Origin: Pseudovirgaria hyperparasitica
Lineage: Eukaryota
Length of the DNA: 64,000 nucleotides
Strand: one strand, 5' to 3'
Assembly (NCBI GenBank): GCA_010093815.1
Contig: ML996595.1
Below the pieces are notes generated by a model, which was not told the origin of the DNA, did no database searches, and was given only the letters and a program-made list of their open reading frames with translations. The first letter of the stretch is position 1, and every line of letters starts with the position of its first letter. The translations under genes were made by a program, and so were the position numbers. Positions 22,797-35,730 of the stretch are shown in pieces.

Positions 22797-25700
22797 ATCT
22801 GGATTGTGGCACCTACGTGCGGCCCTGGCGGCCTCGTCACTTACAAGATCTATCTACTTCCCGGCGGAACAAATGGCGTATGATTCCGAGCATGCACACC
22901 GAACATCTACAAGCATCAGAAGGACCTTAGTCGCAAGCCTTCTTTCCCCCGCAATTTTGGGCTCGGTCTTGAAAGCCGATCGCGCTCCAGACCATCAATT
23001 CACATGTCACACAAGCTCTCATTCCATTTGTCGATACATGCGACGCATCTTATTCCCTTGGTTCTCTTCTCTTTGTTGCTTTCTGGAGTTTTCTCGGAGG
23101 GTCATCGTCAGCGACGTCAGCGATCGATACACATGCAAAACTGAACGGTGTCCATTTCTTCTACTCGGCGCGCACTGTCTGGCAGATTGGCGTTAGACTC
23201 TAATGGTCCATTTTGCCGGACCTGAAGGCGTCCATTGAAGATGGTGGATTCAGGTAGTGTTTAAGTACGACACAGAATATCTGGCGGACTTCGTTCTTTT
23301 GTTCATGAGTACATATTCGCGGTTCGAAGATTTGGATACATGATGATGAGGCACCTACATCATGCAGCATCCGGGGTGGTTCGCTGTTACGAAGGAGTAG
23401 TAAGCTCAGCGATTGTGGAATAGGGGTAAAGGAATGCATACAAGCATTGCTATCTCTTGTGTGCATATTTTCATGTGCCTTTCGGTGTGTTGCAACCACG
23501 GTCCAGTGCTGAAGGGTTCGTAATTGCTACCAGAAGCTGAAGGTAAATCTCCATAGCATACAACGACATCTCACAGATAGCGAAATAGTTAATGGGTCTT
23601 CTTTCGGAAGCTTGTCCCCGCGATCCTCACATCATCATAGTGATCGCAGCAGCGACTCTCTTAATTCACATATCCGCTTACAGGGCGCACAGCTGTCATA
23701 CTGCAACGCCGGAGCATCCTATGCCCTATATGTTTGATTAACCGCGCGATCTAAGTCATTACCTTTTGCGATTCTTGCTCAGGAACCGTGCGGCCATTTA
23801 TATATATATAACGGACATCCCCCTTGGTCGTCTCGCCCGCCTCTGCTCCCCTGGAAGTCTGTGTGGTCTTTATCCTACAACTGACTGAATGCGTGCTGGA
23901 TCATACGAGGTACATGTATCGGGGCATGATGGGGTTGATTCTGGAACGCTCCTGATGGTGTGTGTATAGAGAGCAGCTGAATACGGCTTGGCACTTGCCA
24001 AACTGCCAATTACGCAACTGAGCAAATAACTCTCGCAAATGACACTGGGCGAGCCGACCTCTGCCTCATACGGGCTTGCTAGTTCGGCGATCATATGGCT
24101 AAGCAAAACATCCTTGCAAGCCGTTTCGAATATGATGCTTTGCGAATGGACAAGTATCGAACCATGTTCAGATTGCCCCTGTGAAACAATTTTGACGTGC
24201 CATCATGTAAGTGCAAACACACCGCAGCATATCCAAACGCGAACAGAAAACTATTGCCCTGTACCAGACTAAAGCAGGGTAATCTTGTCTCGCCATGTCA
24301 TCTGGCCGCTTCTTCGCCTCACCAAAAAGTCACAGCCTCCTTGATCCAGCTTCAATTCTGCACTTCAAGCTGATTTTCACTCCGCAAGTACCAAGCTCTT
24401 CTTCAAAACTACCAGCATCCAGTCAGCATTTTCTTCCAACGACTCCTTCGGCAGCACTGACAATACTGGGGGGCGCCTCCAAGACTAGCGTGACCGACGC
24501 CGACTCTTCGCGCATCCAGTCCACTTGGGAATATGCAGTTTGCTCCTACCACGTCCTTCCCTCTTGTTGAGTTCTGCCACTACTTATGTATATGTACAGG
24601 CTCGTTCTGATAACGCCATGAGCTTCGGTAGATTCTCTGCTAGTAACCAAAAAATTATGCACATTCAAGATATTAGGGGGTAGCAGGGTGTGGCGTTCTA
24701 TACACATTATGAGCTTTGCTTTTTGCAACATAGGATTCAAGAAGACTTCTGCTCAATGGGTCTAGTATATGGAAGAGTAATAAAAAACGGATAGCAAGGG
24801 TAGCCTAGAGCATGAAAACAGGCAGAAATGTGCCGTGTTTCAAACCTTGACGAGGTCCGTGGTGAGGCTCCACTGCTTCTCCACCACTGACCACCCGACG
24901 GGATGAAACGGCCGCACAGTTGAGGCAATATTTAGCGTTTGCTGTATAATTGAGGTATAAGCATGTTGGACTTGCGAACGGAGAACACGCGTTCGAAGAT
25001 TGTGCAGATTCTAGAAAGTGATCACGACGACAGTCAGGCAAGATCGGAAGAGACGACAGACACGAAAGAAGCGTGAGCGAACGTTTCGATACAAGCCGGT
25101 ATGTTAGGATAGGGCAAAGCTACCTGATGTACGGAGAAGTCGCGCATGTTGTGATTGGGTAGTATATGAAACGGCCGGACGCGTGGAGACGAGACAGCAT
25201 GATGGGTGGGGAGCGAACAGTCGAGGACAATCCGAGAACGCGCAGGTCGTGCAACGTGGAAGAGACTTATGCGATTTATGTAACTATTGTCTAGATAGAT
25301 ATAGGAAGAGAAGTACGAGTCGGTGTATATAGGTGGAAAGGAAGATTGATGTGAACTGTGATTGTTCGCTATTATATATCACGGTTTCGAGCCAAATGAG
25401 ATTGGGAGCAGTGTGACCCAGGAGATAGGGAGCTAGGCAGCTTGGCCCCTGCCCCTCCACATCACCCAGATTTGTCTCTCTGGCCCGGCTGCCGGCTCCG
25501 CAGAATGGATTGGGAGCAGTGGATCCCCTGCTCCCCACTCCCTACCACCGAAACATCCCAGTCTCAGCCATCTCGCCGCCTCCTCGTCAATCTCTGTACA
25601 ACCTCCCCTTCCCTCCCACCTGTACCACCACAACACCACAACACCACTCCTCCTCCCCCTCTTCTTCTTCTTATTCTTCTTATTCTTCTACTTCGAACTT

Positions 25701-26173
25701 CTGTAACCCTATTCAACCATCAATCTCCGATCTCTGAATACGCACCCGGCGCGCTGTTCAATGTCCTTCTTTCACTATCCATCTTCGACCCAATAGACTT
25801 AGACTAGAGCTTCACTGTCATTACATATCGCATTCACCTACCAGGTCCGGCTCACCAGGCTTCCTCATCAGCAATCAAAACTCTTCATCGTTTCTCACTC
25901 TGGTCCATTGGCTGTCGCACCGACCTTGCTTGCTATTAACACTAGCCGTGTTGTGATCTGCGAAAGCACTGGCCCGACTCATCGTTCTGGAAAACACTAC
26001 CGGTACATTATCGCAAATTTCGGGTCTTTTGTGACACCATTATCGCTGAATATCTCTTCGTTCTGGTCACTCAGGCAACAACTTTCTCATTCGCTGTGAG
26101 TCCTGTCCTATAAAATTAAGGATTTCCGGTCGTGCCCCTGTCACTCTGCTTAGCTGGACGTGGGATCTAAATC

Positions 26174-27979
26174 ATGGTTATGCGACTTGCCCTCTACGCA
26201 GCTCTCGCCTTATTCATCCACCATGTTGTTGCCGATGGAGGCCAATGGCAAAACGATGGGCCTTCTCTATCCGACTTGATCAATATCGACTTGTCCTTCT
26301 GGCTTGGTTGGTTCTTCATCGCCTTCGTGGCCTCCTTCATTATATATCAGATTTCGCTCCACACCGTTCGTTATGTCCGGACAGTTACATGTCTCAACAA
26401 CGAGAAGCAGCGCTACTTTGCTGCGCCAAACGCACACTTCTCGGCATGGAAACGCCATATCATAGACGCACCGCTGTGGAAACATCGCCACCACCGCGAG
26501 TTCAGGTTGTCCGCAGCCGTAAACATTGGAACCCTCCCGAGTCGACTGCAAGCCCTGTTATTAGTCGGGTACCTGGCCATGAATTGTGCCTACTGCGTCA
26601 TCGACATTGACTTCAACCAGCCGCTGAAGGCATATGGAAGTATCATCCGGGATCGATTTGGAGTACTCGCAGTTGTCAACATGATTCCCCTTTTCCTCAT
26701 GGCAGGACGTAACAATCCTCTGATCAATCTCTGTGGTATCTCCTTTGACACATTCAACCTGATGCATCGATGGCTGGGCAGGATCGTGGTTCTACAATCT
26801 CTAGGACATACAATTGCATGGATGATTGTAAAAGTTGAACAGAAAGGATGGGCTGGAGTGAAGGAAAAGTTGTTGACCAGCGAAACTATAATCAGTGGCA
26901 CTGTTGCAACCGCAGCGATGGTTCTGATTGTACTCTCCTCTCCATCAATAGTCCGTCATGCCTTCTACGAAATGTTCCTGCATGTCCATATCGTCCTTGC
27001 CGTTGTCAGTATTGGCGCATTATGGTACCATCTCAAGGATCACGCACAGATGCCGCAGCTCTACGCAGTCATTGCGCTCTGGGCCTTTGAGCGCGGCGTT
27101 CGCATCATGTCCCTCAGCTATCGCAATATCGGCGCCGGCGGAACGCATCTCGACGTCGAGACCCTCCCTGGCGACGCTCTTCGCGTCAACATGACCATCG
27201 CGCGCCCCTGGAAGTTCCGTCCCGGTCAACACGTCTACCTCTATGTTCCCTCTGTCGGCTGGTGGACAAGCCACCCATTTTCGCTTGCCTGGTCTTCTGA
27301 AGAAGACTCTGACTCGTCCACGCTGTCATATTCTACGGATGAGAAGAACCTAAAGCTGGCAAATGACACGCTGGTGCCTCGGAAAGTCCGTATGAGTTTA
27401 ATCATCCGCCGTCGTACAGGTTTCACCGACACACTGTTTCGCCGTGCCCATGCTTCACCAACTGGCCGCTTCAGCACATCCGGTATCGTAGAGGGTCCAT
27501 ATGGCGGACAATCACTTACATCTTACGGAACACTGATGCTCTTCGCCGCAGGCGTCGGCATCACGCATCAGCTACCATATGTACGCGACACGGTCAGCGC
27601 GTTCGCTGCAGGCACAACAGCGACGCGTCGCTGTACGCTCGTTTGGGTAATTCAGAGTCCGGAACATCTGGAGTGGATACGGCCGTGGATGACATCTATT
27701 TTGACGCAAGAGAAACGCCGGGATGTTCTACGAATCTTGTTGTTCGTCACACGGCCACGAAGCACGCGCGAGATATACTCTCCCAGCGAGAGTGTGAAGA
27801 TGTTCCCTGGGAAGCCAAACGTGCAGGCCCTAGTCGACCAGGAGATGGGCGCCGGAGTCGGCGCTGCGTGTGTGAGTGTATGCGGGACAGGCGGATTGGC
27901 AGACGATGTACGAGCGGCAGTGAGGGCAAGGCAAAGAGTGTGGAATGTGGATTTGAGGGAGGAGAGTTTCTCTTGGTGA
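26174..27979 (+). CDS. Ferric/cupric reductase transmembrane component (FRE family), 601 aa
   Basis: Heme-ligand helices FNLMHRWLGR...LGHT and FYEMFLHVHI...WYH; FAD motif HPFS; EGPYG; NADPH motif FAAGVGIT; C-terminal VCG...EESFSW. Confidence 0.93.
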   Translation: MVMRLALYAALALFIHHVVADGGQWQNDGPSLSDLINIDLSFWLGWFFIAFVASFIIYQISLHTVRYVRTVTCLNNEKQRYFAAPNAHFSAWKRHIIDAPLWKHRHHREFRLSAAVNIGTLPSRLQALLLVGYLAMNCAYCVIDIDFNQPLKAYGSIIRDRFGVLAVVNMIPLFLMAGRNNPLINLCGISFDTFNLMHRWLGRIVVLQSLGHTIAWMIVKVEQKGWAGVKEKLLTSETIISGTVATAAMVLIVLSSPSIVRHAFYEMFLHVHIVLAVVSIGALWYHLKDHAQMPQLYAVIALWAFERGVRIMSLSYRNIGAGGTHLDVETLPGDALRVNMTIARPWKFRPGQHVYLYVPSVGWWTSHPFSLAWSSEEDSDSSTLSYSTDEKNLKLANDTLVPRKVRMSLIIRRRTGFTDTLFRRAHASPTGRFSTSGIVEGPYGGQSLTSYGTLMLFAAGVGITHQLPYVRDTVSAFAAGTTATRRCTLVWVIQSPEHLEWIRPWMTSILTQEKRRDVLRILLFVTRPRSTREIYSPSESVKMFPGKPNVQALVDQEMGAGVGAACVSVCGTGGLADDVRAAVRARQRVWNVDLREESFSW

Positions 27980-28965
27980 GGGACCGCGTATCTGGATTGG
28001 AGTCAACTGACTTGCTTCTTCTTTCACTTTGTATCATATTACTACGTTGACGGACTGTTCATGTTTCTTTGTATATACTACGCGGGGGAGGGGTGTACAC
28101 ACAAAGCGGGTATGCATGACAGTACACTGTCATGAACCCTAGAATAGGTGATGAATATGCAGCCATGGAGCTCTGCGAGCGTCAAGGCACTGACAGGTTC
28201 AGCAGACCATACATTGCAACGTTAAAAAACTCACAATCATACCAACTCCCATTCGCACGACTATCACTCTGCATGATCATCTCATCACATCTTAATCATA
28301 CATTCGAGGCTCTGCTCGGCGCGACGTCAATGTGCGAATGTGTGAGAGAGGTCGTTGTCGCACGTTCGATGCCCACTCCCTACGTAGCACTCCGACTGCT
28401 CCGTGTGAGCAGAGGAAGCAGACTTTTACTTCTTACAACAACGTACGTACCATACCTACAAGTCAAGCGGGGTACAACACCTGGAATATCAATTTCCACC
28501 TTTGCCCTATAGTCACGGACGTTGAAGGGGACTCATACTAGTATAATGCAGCTTGCAATTGTGAATCGCCGTACACAGATGTGGACGGGCCGGAACTGTG
28601 CCTTTTCTTGGACTACAGGTGAGAGACACTAGAGTGTTGGTGAAAATCTAAGACACAGTTTGACGACCATGAAACCTCCAAAACCGGAAATGTGAGCTTA
28701 CATCTCGTTGCTGCAGGGACGAGTGCAGTGATACTTCTATGGGTTACATCATGCCCTTGCAAGATGGTATAATTTGACAGGATGCGAAATGAAAGAAAGT
28801 GAAGATAGGGAAAACACCCAAACACGTAGGACAGCTTGGTACATCAACTTCACGCGTGTCCTGGACCATCGACCCTCCTAAGTCCCGAATTCCCTTTTTG
28901 CTCATAATTCCTCGCTGCAGAGTAAGCCACCGTCAATAATTGCAACGTCGATATATGTAAACAAG

Positions 28966-30009
28966 ATGTCGATCAAAGCAAAGCACGAGTCCAGAGCAAT
29001 ATCATCCTCTTCATCCCTAGCGGATCCTCCACATCAAGAGGGCACGCGGAGCTCCACCGATACCTCGACATCACCATTGCCTGGTGCCTTTGAGCAAGCG
29101 ACAGACAACGACGAAGCACCAGAAGCCCCCATCCACCTCAAGAACATGTCTTTCCAGGACCGCTTCAGCCTTCTTACCGGTCCACTAATCAACATTGTCT
29201 CATTTCCTCCGTCTCCTATCCATACACCTACCGTCCTCGCTGTTCCACGCGCTCTGGTCCTCCGCTTCTCACCCCTCTGCGCGTCCATCCTCGCAGCCTC
29301 GCCATCCTCCACCAGCATCACGCTCCGAAACATCACAATCCCATCGAGCGCGCTAAGGGCGATCCTATCCTGGCTACACCACACATGCACCACACGTATC
29401 GCGCACCGCATTCCAATCCCCGAGTCTCGCCTCACCCTCATTGAACACTACGCCGCCGCCGCCGCACTCGACATCCCGGAGGCAGTGCGTGTGCTGTATA
29501 AGCCGCTTGCCGAATACATCAACGCCAAGAAGGAGTGTGTCGGTGCCGATTTCATTGATCGCGTCGGGGCGTGTGTGCAGCGTGGGGACAAGTTGTTGCG
29601 GCATATGGTGTCAAATCTGGCGTATGTGCGCGTGAGAGGTGGCGTGATGGGCGGTAACGGGGAGGATTGGGCAGTGTTCTTAGCGCAGAGGAGGAGGTTG
29701 GCGGCGTTGTTGGAGGAGGCCGAGGGAGTTATTAGAGGAAAGGTGGAGGAGATGGGAAGGGAGAAAAGGGCACGGCTCAGGAGAGAGGTGGAGGCGAAAG
29801 GGGACGAGGGGAAGGGCGGAGAGGGAGGAGGGTATCAAGACGGTGGTGAGAGGGATGGAAAGACATACTGGACAGACGAGCATGGAGATAGAGAGAAGAG
29901 AGCTGCAGAGAGAAGGGCGAGGGACCAGGACCTGGTGGAGAACCGTGGTGGATACGAACGTGTGGTTACGGATCGAGACCTGAGGATCTTGGGGTTCTCA
30001 ACACGTTAG
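28966..30009 (+). CDS. Hypothetical protein with a putative BTB/POZ-like N-terminal region, 347 aa
   Basis: Long intronless ORF. VPRALVLRFSP...SITL...ALRAILSWLH...LIEHYAAAAALDIP resembles the degenerate fungal BTB pattern; charged C-terminus. Confidence 0.65.
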   Translation: MSIKAKHESRAISSSSSLADPPHQEGTRSSTDTSTSPLPGAFEQATDNDEAPEAPIHLKNMSFQDRFSLLTGPLINIVSFPPSPIHTPTVLAVPRALVLRFSPLCASILAASPSSTSITLRNITIPSSALRAILSWLHHTCTTRIAHRIPIPESRLTLIEHYAAAAALDIPEAVRVLYKPLAEYINAKKECVGADFIDRVGACVQRGDKLLRHMVSNLAYVRVRGGVMGGNGEDWAVFLAQRRRLAALLEEAEGVIRGKVEEMGREKRARLRREVEAKGDEGKGGEGGGYQDGGERDGKTYWTDEHGDREKRAAERRARDQDLVENRGGYERVVTDRDLRILGFSTR

Positions 30010-30388
30010 GAACTGCTGTATCACATGGAGAGGCCATGGTTAGCGGGTCTGAGAGATGTGCGCAGGCGACGAATGGAGTATCAGAGGAGATATCGTGTGA
30101 GAAGACCCTGACAAGGAGCGAGAGATCTCATGCCCATCTGCGGAGAATCAGGTTTTGGTCGGGTCGGGAGACAAAAATCCAAATACGCTTATGCACATTA
30201 TGCGGTTGAGGGAAGACAAGATAATGGAATATATCGTATGCCTCTTTCGAGATCCCGGTCAATTCATTTTCACTTGAAGAGAAATACTACCCGAAGCTCC
30301 AGGTCGTAGCTATGTCGATGCGTTCTTGTGAGATGACAACTGCCAGGCGTGCCAACATAGTTCTTGTCTCGTAGACCATCCTCACGAT

Positions 30389-31291
30389 TCACATCATATG
30401 GCCCTCCCTTGCACTGCAGAAATCCCCATTAAATCTCCCCCAGCCACCTGGCGGTTCCTCCCACATCGCCAAGTTCCTCACCACCATCTCATACGTCCCA
30501 TCCCCCGGCATCTTCCCCTTACACACATTACCACCCACCGCAATATTAATCATAATTCTAAAGTCCCGCATCCGTCTCGTGCCCGCGGGCTTACTCGCCT
30601 TCATCACGGGCTTCGAGTCGATATACCACACAAACCGTCCCTGTCCAGTTGCCTCGTCCTCTTCCCACGCAAAGTCAAACCGCGCGCCTTGCGCAGAGAT
30701 GCCGGGTATGGGCGACTCCACAACGCGGTGCTTGTCGTGGTCCGGCCCGTTAAAGTGGCCCCAGTGCAGACAAGAATGGTTCGTCGCCTCGCCGTTCCAC
30801 GCTTCGAATATGTCAATCTCGCCGTCTGTCGGCCAGGTGTATGGCTCTGCGGGCAGAAGCCAGAACGCAGGCCATATGCCCTGCGCAACCGGAGCGATGA
30901 TGTGCGCGGAGAGACTGCCGCGCGGGCGACCGAAGGTCTGGTGGCTTGTGAGGCGCGCCGAGGTGAATTTGTGCGCGTTCTCGGGCTGGTTGTGTTGAAT
31001 GATTGCGCGCAGCGTTAGGGTGTCGGTGCCGCAGAAGGACGTCTCGGGACTTGCGATGTAGTTCTGGGCCTCGTTGTTTCCCCAGCCATGCTGACCGGTC
31101 ATGTGTTGGAAGTGCGTCGAGACGGGCTCGTTGGGACTGAATTGGGGTTGCCAGTATGCAGCGCCGGGCTGGGGTCGTGGTTTGCTCAATGTGGGAACCG
31201 GGGGAGCGTTGGGGAATCTTTGCTGGACTTCGTGCGTGACTTTTTGCTCGGCTTTGTCAATGAAGGACTGGATTCGGGAGGAGAACGGCAT
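30389..31291 (-). CDS. Glycoside hydrolase family 16 (laminarinase-like), no signal peptide, 300 aa
   Basis: GWGNNEAQNY, FTSARL, GIWPAFWLLP, catalytic WPTDGEIDIFE (E-x-D-x-x-E), INIAVGG. Confidence 0.92.
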   Translation of the reverse strand: MPFSSRIQSFIDKAEQKVTHEVQQRFPNAPPVPTLSKPRPQPGAAYWQPQFSPNEPVSTHFQHMTGQHGWGNNEAQNYIASPETSFCGTDTLTLRAIIQHNQPENAHKFTSARLTSHQTFGRPRGSLSAHIIAPVAQGIWPAFWLLPAEPYTWPTDGEIDIFEAWNGEATNHSCLHWGHFNGPDHDKHRVVESPIPGISAQGARFDFAWEEDEATGQGRFVWYIDSKPVMKASKPAGTRRMRDFRIMINIAVGGNVCKGKMPGDGTYEMVVRNLAMWEEPPGGWGRFNGDFCSAREGHMM

Positions 31292-31804
31292 GATGATGGA
31301 TGCTCTACAGTTTTCGTCGACTGTAAGAGGCTTATAGTGACGTTTCTGGAGATGCTTGTTTTGAAAGTACGTGATGCAAGTAGTGTTGACACCGGCTCAC
31401 AAGTTGAATCGGTGTGCCTGTAGCAATTTCCCCCTGAACACGACTTAGAAATGGGCCTTTCGGACTGTAATCTGTTACGAGGCTCTGCGTAGAACACTGT
31501 TCAGGTTCATAAGCCGCATCTCATAGTTTGAGATTGATGCTGAGGACAATCCATTGAGAAGAGAGCTGACGTTGTTAAATCTATCCGGATTGATAGTTGC
31601 CCCACCAAGAGGTCTAGAACTATTTTCTCGGGTCTACACCACTGGCAAGCCACTCGTATTCGCAAAGAGCACTAGAGACAGAATGTTGCATCAGAAACCC
31701 CAATAGTCATATACGGATATCCCAGAATAAAATACGTTTTGCATGCAGTAGCTTTTCGCAATCATGTAACACTATGACGATTTCATCTCACCTGCACTAT
31801 ATTC

Positions 31805-33514
31805 TTATTGATCTGTGGCTGTGGCATGGGCGATTTGGCTTGCCAGTTGCTTTCGCGTTACTACTTTATTACCATTCTCCTCATCACCACTGTCTTGGTC
31901 TTTTCGAACCATCTTGCCAGTCTTGTAATCCTTCGTCCATAGCTTCATTCTGGCCCATTCCTCAAGCTCATCATTGACACTTCTAGTTGTAGGCCCTATC
32001 GAGAGCACTTCTGCAATCGTATTGTGCGTGTTCCTTTCGAACATTATCTTTTCACTCATGCCAAATCCTCGATCGATATGCATTGTTTCATGCGTACCCT
32101 CTCTGCTTTGGATATACTCAACTTCAATTCCCCTGGAAATAACCATCGAGCCGACGCGAGCGGCTCTTCTACACAAGCGAGTTTTGCCGATGAAGTCTCC
32201 CTCGAACGTTACCAATGAGAGCGATGGAACTGCCTTGAGCGAGTCGTGGTGGACAAAAAGCTCTTCGAAGGCGGGGAAAAAGTGATCTTTTTCGAAAAGG
32301 AGTCTGGAACGCGTGAAGTGAAGCCTCTTCAGATTAGGAGGCAGCGTTCCAATAAATGCCTTCCTAATTTTATGTTGTTCATCCGAATCGGGTTGTTCGG
32401 AAGGCTGATCCCGGGCGTCTTTGAAGCTCTCCGGAATGGCTCTAGGACCGAAGACGTACACTGGTGCGATTTTAAGGTGCGTGACGTTGATGAACCCTGA
32501 AAATGATATTGGGTCTGCCGAGTCGCTGTACATGTTGAAGCCGCCGAACTCTTCGGTGCTGAGGCAGAGGTTTTCCAGATTCTTCTCCTGAGAGGCAAGC
32601 GCCTGGCGTACTTGTTCTGTCCGCATGTCTATCCAAGCCCATGTGTTACCTACTTCATATATGAACGTTTTGAGACATTTACATGATGCAAGTATACCTG
32701 CTAGATCTTGGTGGTCCATTTTGGCGCATCGCAGCTCGATATTCTGGACGCTCAGAGATCGTGATGGTATATCATTGACAATATTATGGTGCTCCGCAAG
32801 CTCGGAATCTCCTAGTCGGTGACTAAACAGACTTTCAAGGCCAGGGAGCTGGATCGCATAGAAAAAGAAGCGTGTGGGCGTGGGATACTTTCCATCATAC
32901 CCTGAAACCATAACGTTCGTGATAGTCGAGAGGATAGGATGCCCATCAAGTGTATGCTTCGTCTGACCTGCTGTAACAAACAGCCGCTCAAGAGTGGGAC
33001 ATGGCCCCCCGAAATTTGGCCGCAAGTCAAGCGTACGCAGACGCACAAGATAAGGTAACAATAGTGCTACAATAGCTTCTTCATGACCGGCTATCAACTT
33101 GTCAAGCCATTCACTCTTCTCTCTACGCGTTCTAACCAGCGGAGTGACCTTCTCGAGGAGTATGTCGTTACGCTGAGAGTGATATGGCCACGGATCAAGT
33201 CCACTACCCGGCCCATCTATACTCGTTGGCGGTCCGGTTGCCCATTCGTGTCTGAAGGTGATCGTCTTCACTAATCGCGCAAGATGAGGTGTCTGTAACA
33301 TTGTCCACGTGAATGGTTTGAGCGATCTTGCCCCTGGCAACGCCCTTCCTGGCACCTTCACGCTCGCGAGTCTGACGTTAGAGTAAAGAACTGGTGTTGC
33401 CAAGCGATTACACTCTTTGTCCACCAAGTTCAAGTTGTACAATGTCAACTGATCACAAGAGCTGACGATCTTCCCCTGAAGCTCGACGGGGAGAGCTCCG
33501 AACTGGGCTCTCAT
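31805..33514 (-). CDS. F-box protein with LRR-like C-terminal region, 569 aa
   Basis: N-terminal FGALPVELQGKIVSSC...LYNLNLVDKECNRLATPVLYSNV F-box; repeated LxxLxL strands (LRTLDL, LKTFIY, LENLCL, VTHLKI, LKRLHF). Confidence 0.8.
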   Translation of the reverse strand: MRAQFGALPVELQGKIVSSCDQLTLYNLNLVDKECNRLATPVLYSNVRLASVKVPGRALPGARSLKPFTWTMLQTPHLARLVKTITFRHEWATGPPTSIDGPGSGLDPWPYHSQRNDILLEKVTPLVRTRREKSEWLDKLIAGHEEAIVALLLPYLVRLRTLDLRPNFGGPCPTLERLFVTAGQTKHTLDGHPILSTITNVMVSGYDGKYPTPTRFFFYAIQLPGLESLFSHRLGDSELAEHHNIVNDIPSRSLSVQNIELRCAKMDHQDLAGILASCKCLKTFIYEVGNTWAWIDMRTEQVRQALASQEKNLENLCLSTEEFGGFNMYSDSADPISFSGFINVTHLKIAPVYVFGPRAIPESFKDARDQPSEQPDSDEQHKIRKAFIGTLPPNLKRLHFTRSRLLFEKDHFFPAFEELFVHHDSLKAVPSLSLVTFEGDFIGKTRLCRRAARVGSMVISRGIEVEYIQSREGTHETMHIDRGFGMSEKIMFERNTHNTIAEVLSIGPTTRSVNDELEEWARMKLWTKDYKTGKMVRKDQDSGDEENGNKVVTRKQLASQIAHATATDQ

Positions 33515-35730
33515 GTTGGCTGTGGATAATCAACACTTGCGATGAGGGATGTGAGTAAAATAGAGAGCGCAGTCCTGGGAAGTGTGACCACAGTCGGATG
33601 CTCTTAATGTTGCAAAGGCCGGGCCATATCACAATTGGAACAGCAAGGAATCTCTTCCGATTAGGCAGACAAGGCGCCTTTGTTCAGCTAAGTAATTTCT
33701 AACGCGCGACGTGTTCTGGGCAGCCCAAAACCCAACGCCGAAGAAGCTGGCTAGTCAGTTTTAGGCAAGGGCATATGGATGGATTGGCATTAAGATCAGC
33801 ATTCAGCCCCAACCTCGGGTACCCAGAACCTAAAGACATACAACGACACATATCATATACCCAGACTTCAATTCGGAATTTACTGAAATCGTTGCTAGAT
33901 GCTTTCGGCAAGTTGTTATAGAGCATCGAGAGAAAGCGTTTTCTCCCCTAATCAACCCGCGCTCACACATCCTGCAAATCCCTTCTTACAATTTTCATGT
34001 CTAGCAATCTAGATGAACTGCGTCAGCTCTAGTGTATATGTCAGGACGAAGATGGTAGATACAAAGCCTTTTCTACGGCTGATACGATACTAAACGTTGT
34101 ATGATTTTGCTGCGTAGCAGCAAAATATGGTGGAGCGATTGTGGTCTCTAGCCTCAATCAGGATACTAAATTCTTGACCATTTTCTATTAGCATACAGCC
34201 ACCACGCTAGAGAGAAGAAAGTACATCATAAAAGCTCGTGAATACTTGGTAATACGTGTGGTCAGGCTTTCCGTCGCCATCGCTGCCTTGTAGAGGGGAC
34301 CCGATAGCGAAACCTGTGGTGAATGATTTGACCGGGATTTTTGATAGTGGCTTCAACCATACTTTACATACGTAGACATCATGAAATGAAATCTATCGCT
34401 GCAAGTTATCAGAATCTAAGCCTTTGTGATTGTGTGTGGATATTTTTCACAAACGAAATTCTAATTTCGGCTCTTTCATACGAGATATATGGTGTATAGA
34501 GGAGAGTACCTCTGGCAAGCGCAAAAGCGACCAGTACGAGATCCGTTATGCAGCTTAGTATTATAGATGTCAGAGCTGGGAAGCAGTTGCGCTGAGAATT
34601 TTATCTGTCTGGTGTAGCCATTAGGACCAGAGCTTCGGGGATCACTTAACAGCGAGTGAATACAGTGAATACATGTAATATCGTCAATGAAGACAACTGG
34701 GTTAGGTTTGAGAAAATAATATAGAACTCTACCGGAAAGCAACATACTAACAATAGCACCAAGGAATCCAGTTTTGATTGAGCTTTAATCTCCACCATAG
34801 AATCATGGTAAGCCTTGAAGTCTATGTGTATATAGCAAGTGGGATCAAAAACTTCTACCGAGCCCGCGATGCCATAAAATCTAACAGTCATTCTCCCGGG
34901 GCTAGCATCAGGAAATAGTCTCCCAATATCTTTACAAACTATCCTTGGAATCGTAAAATATGATGTGTCATGGTAAGTCATGTAAGTCGAAACGGGTAGA
35001 CCTAACATGGTCTAGACTGGAATCATTCACTATAGAACAGGAGAGTATAAAGTTTGCCAACCCCAAGAGGCCAGCATAATCCCTGCAAGTACCCAAAGGG
35101 GTACCGAGCGAGCTATCATGAATATGTTATGCGACAATAAATCAAGTAAGTACTACATTAGGCTCCGACATGCAACCCAGTAACAGCGAGCCTATTCACT
35201 GAAATTGGCGAGTTATTGACCCTAGTTTTGTATACACAGATGCGACTTACTGAATTAGGCAAGAAAGACCATCGGCGATACAAGTAAGTACAGCACGAAC
35301 ACTCGCTTACGAGCAGGATCAATTCACAATTAGAACTATACTACATCTGGAACAGAATGACACATATGCAAAGCAAGTCACTTAGAGGTGTTCTATCCTG
35401 TGTGTTCTCTAGTTTGATGCCCTCGGTTGCGCCCATGTCTTCGTACGCGAGATGAGACCCCTTTCTATGCATGTCCGGTAAGGCACAGAGGCAGCAATCG
35501 AAAGCTTCTGCCTATATATACCGGCATCCTCAAACAGAAACCAGCTCTCTTTCTCTTCCATGTCACCACCTCCTAACCACGACATACTTCCAATTTCGAA
35601 AGTTCACCATCTCGATTCCACTATCTCAATTCTATTGATTCAATTACGATGTATTTTCTCACAGCAACACTTCTGCTTCCAATAACTAATGCCTACCACA
35701 GCCTCATCTAAATACCACTTCTCGACCACC

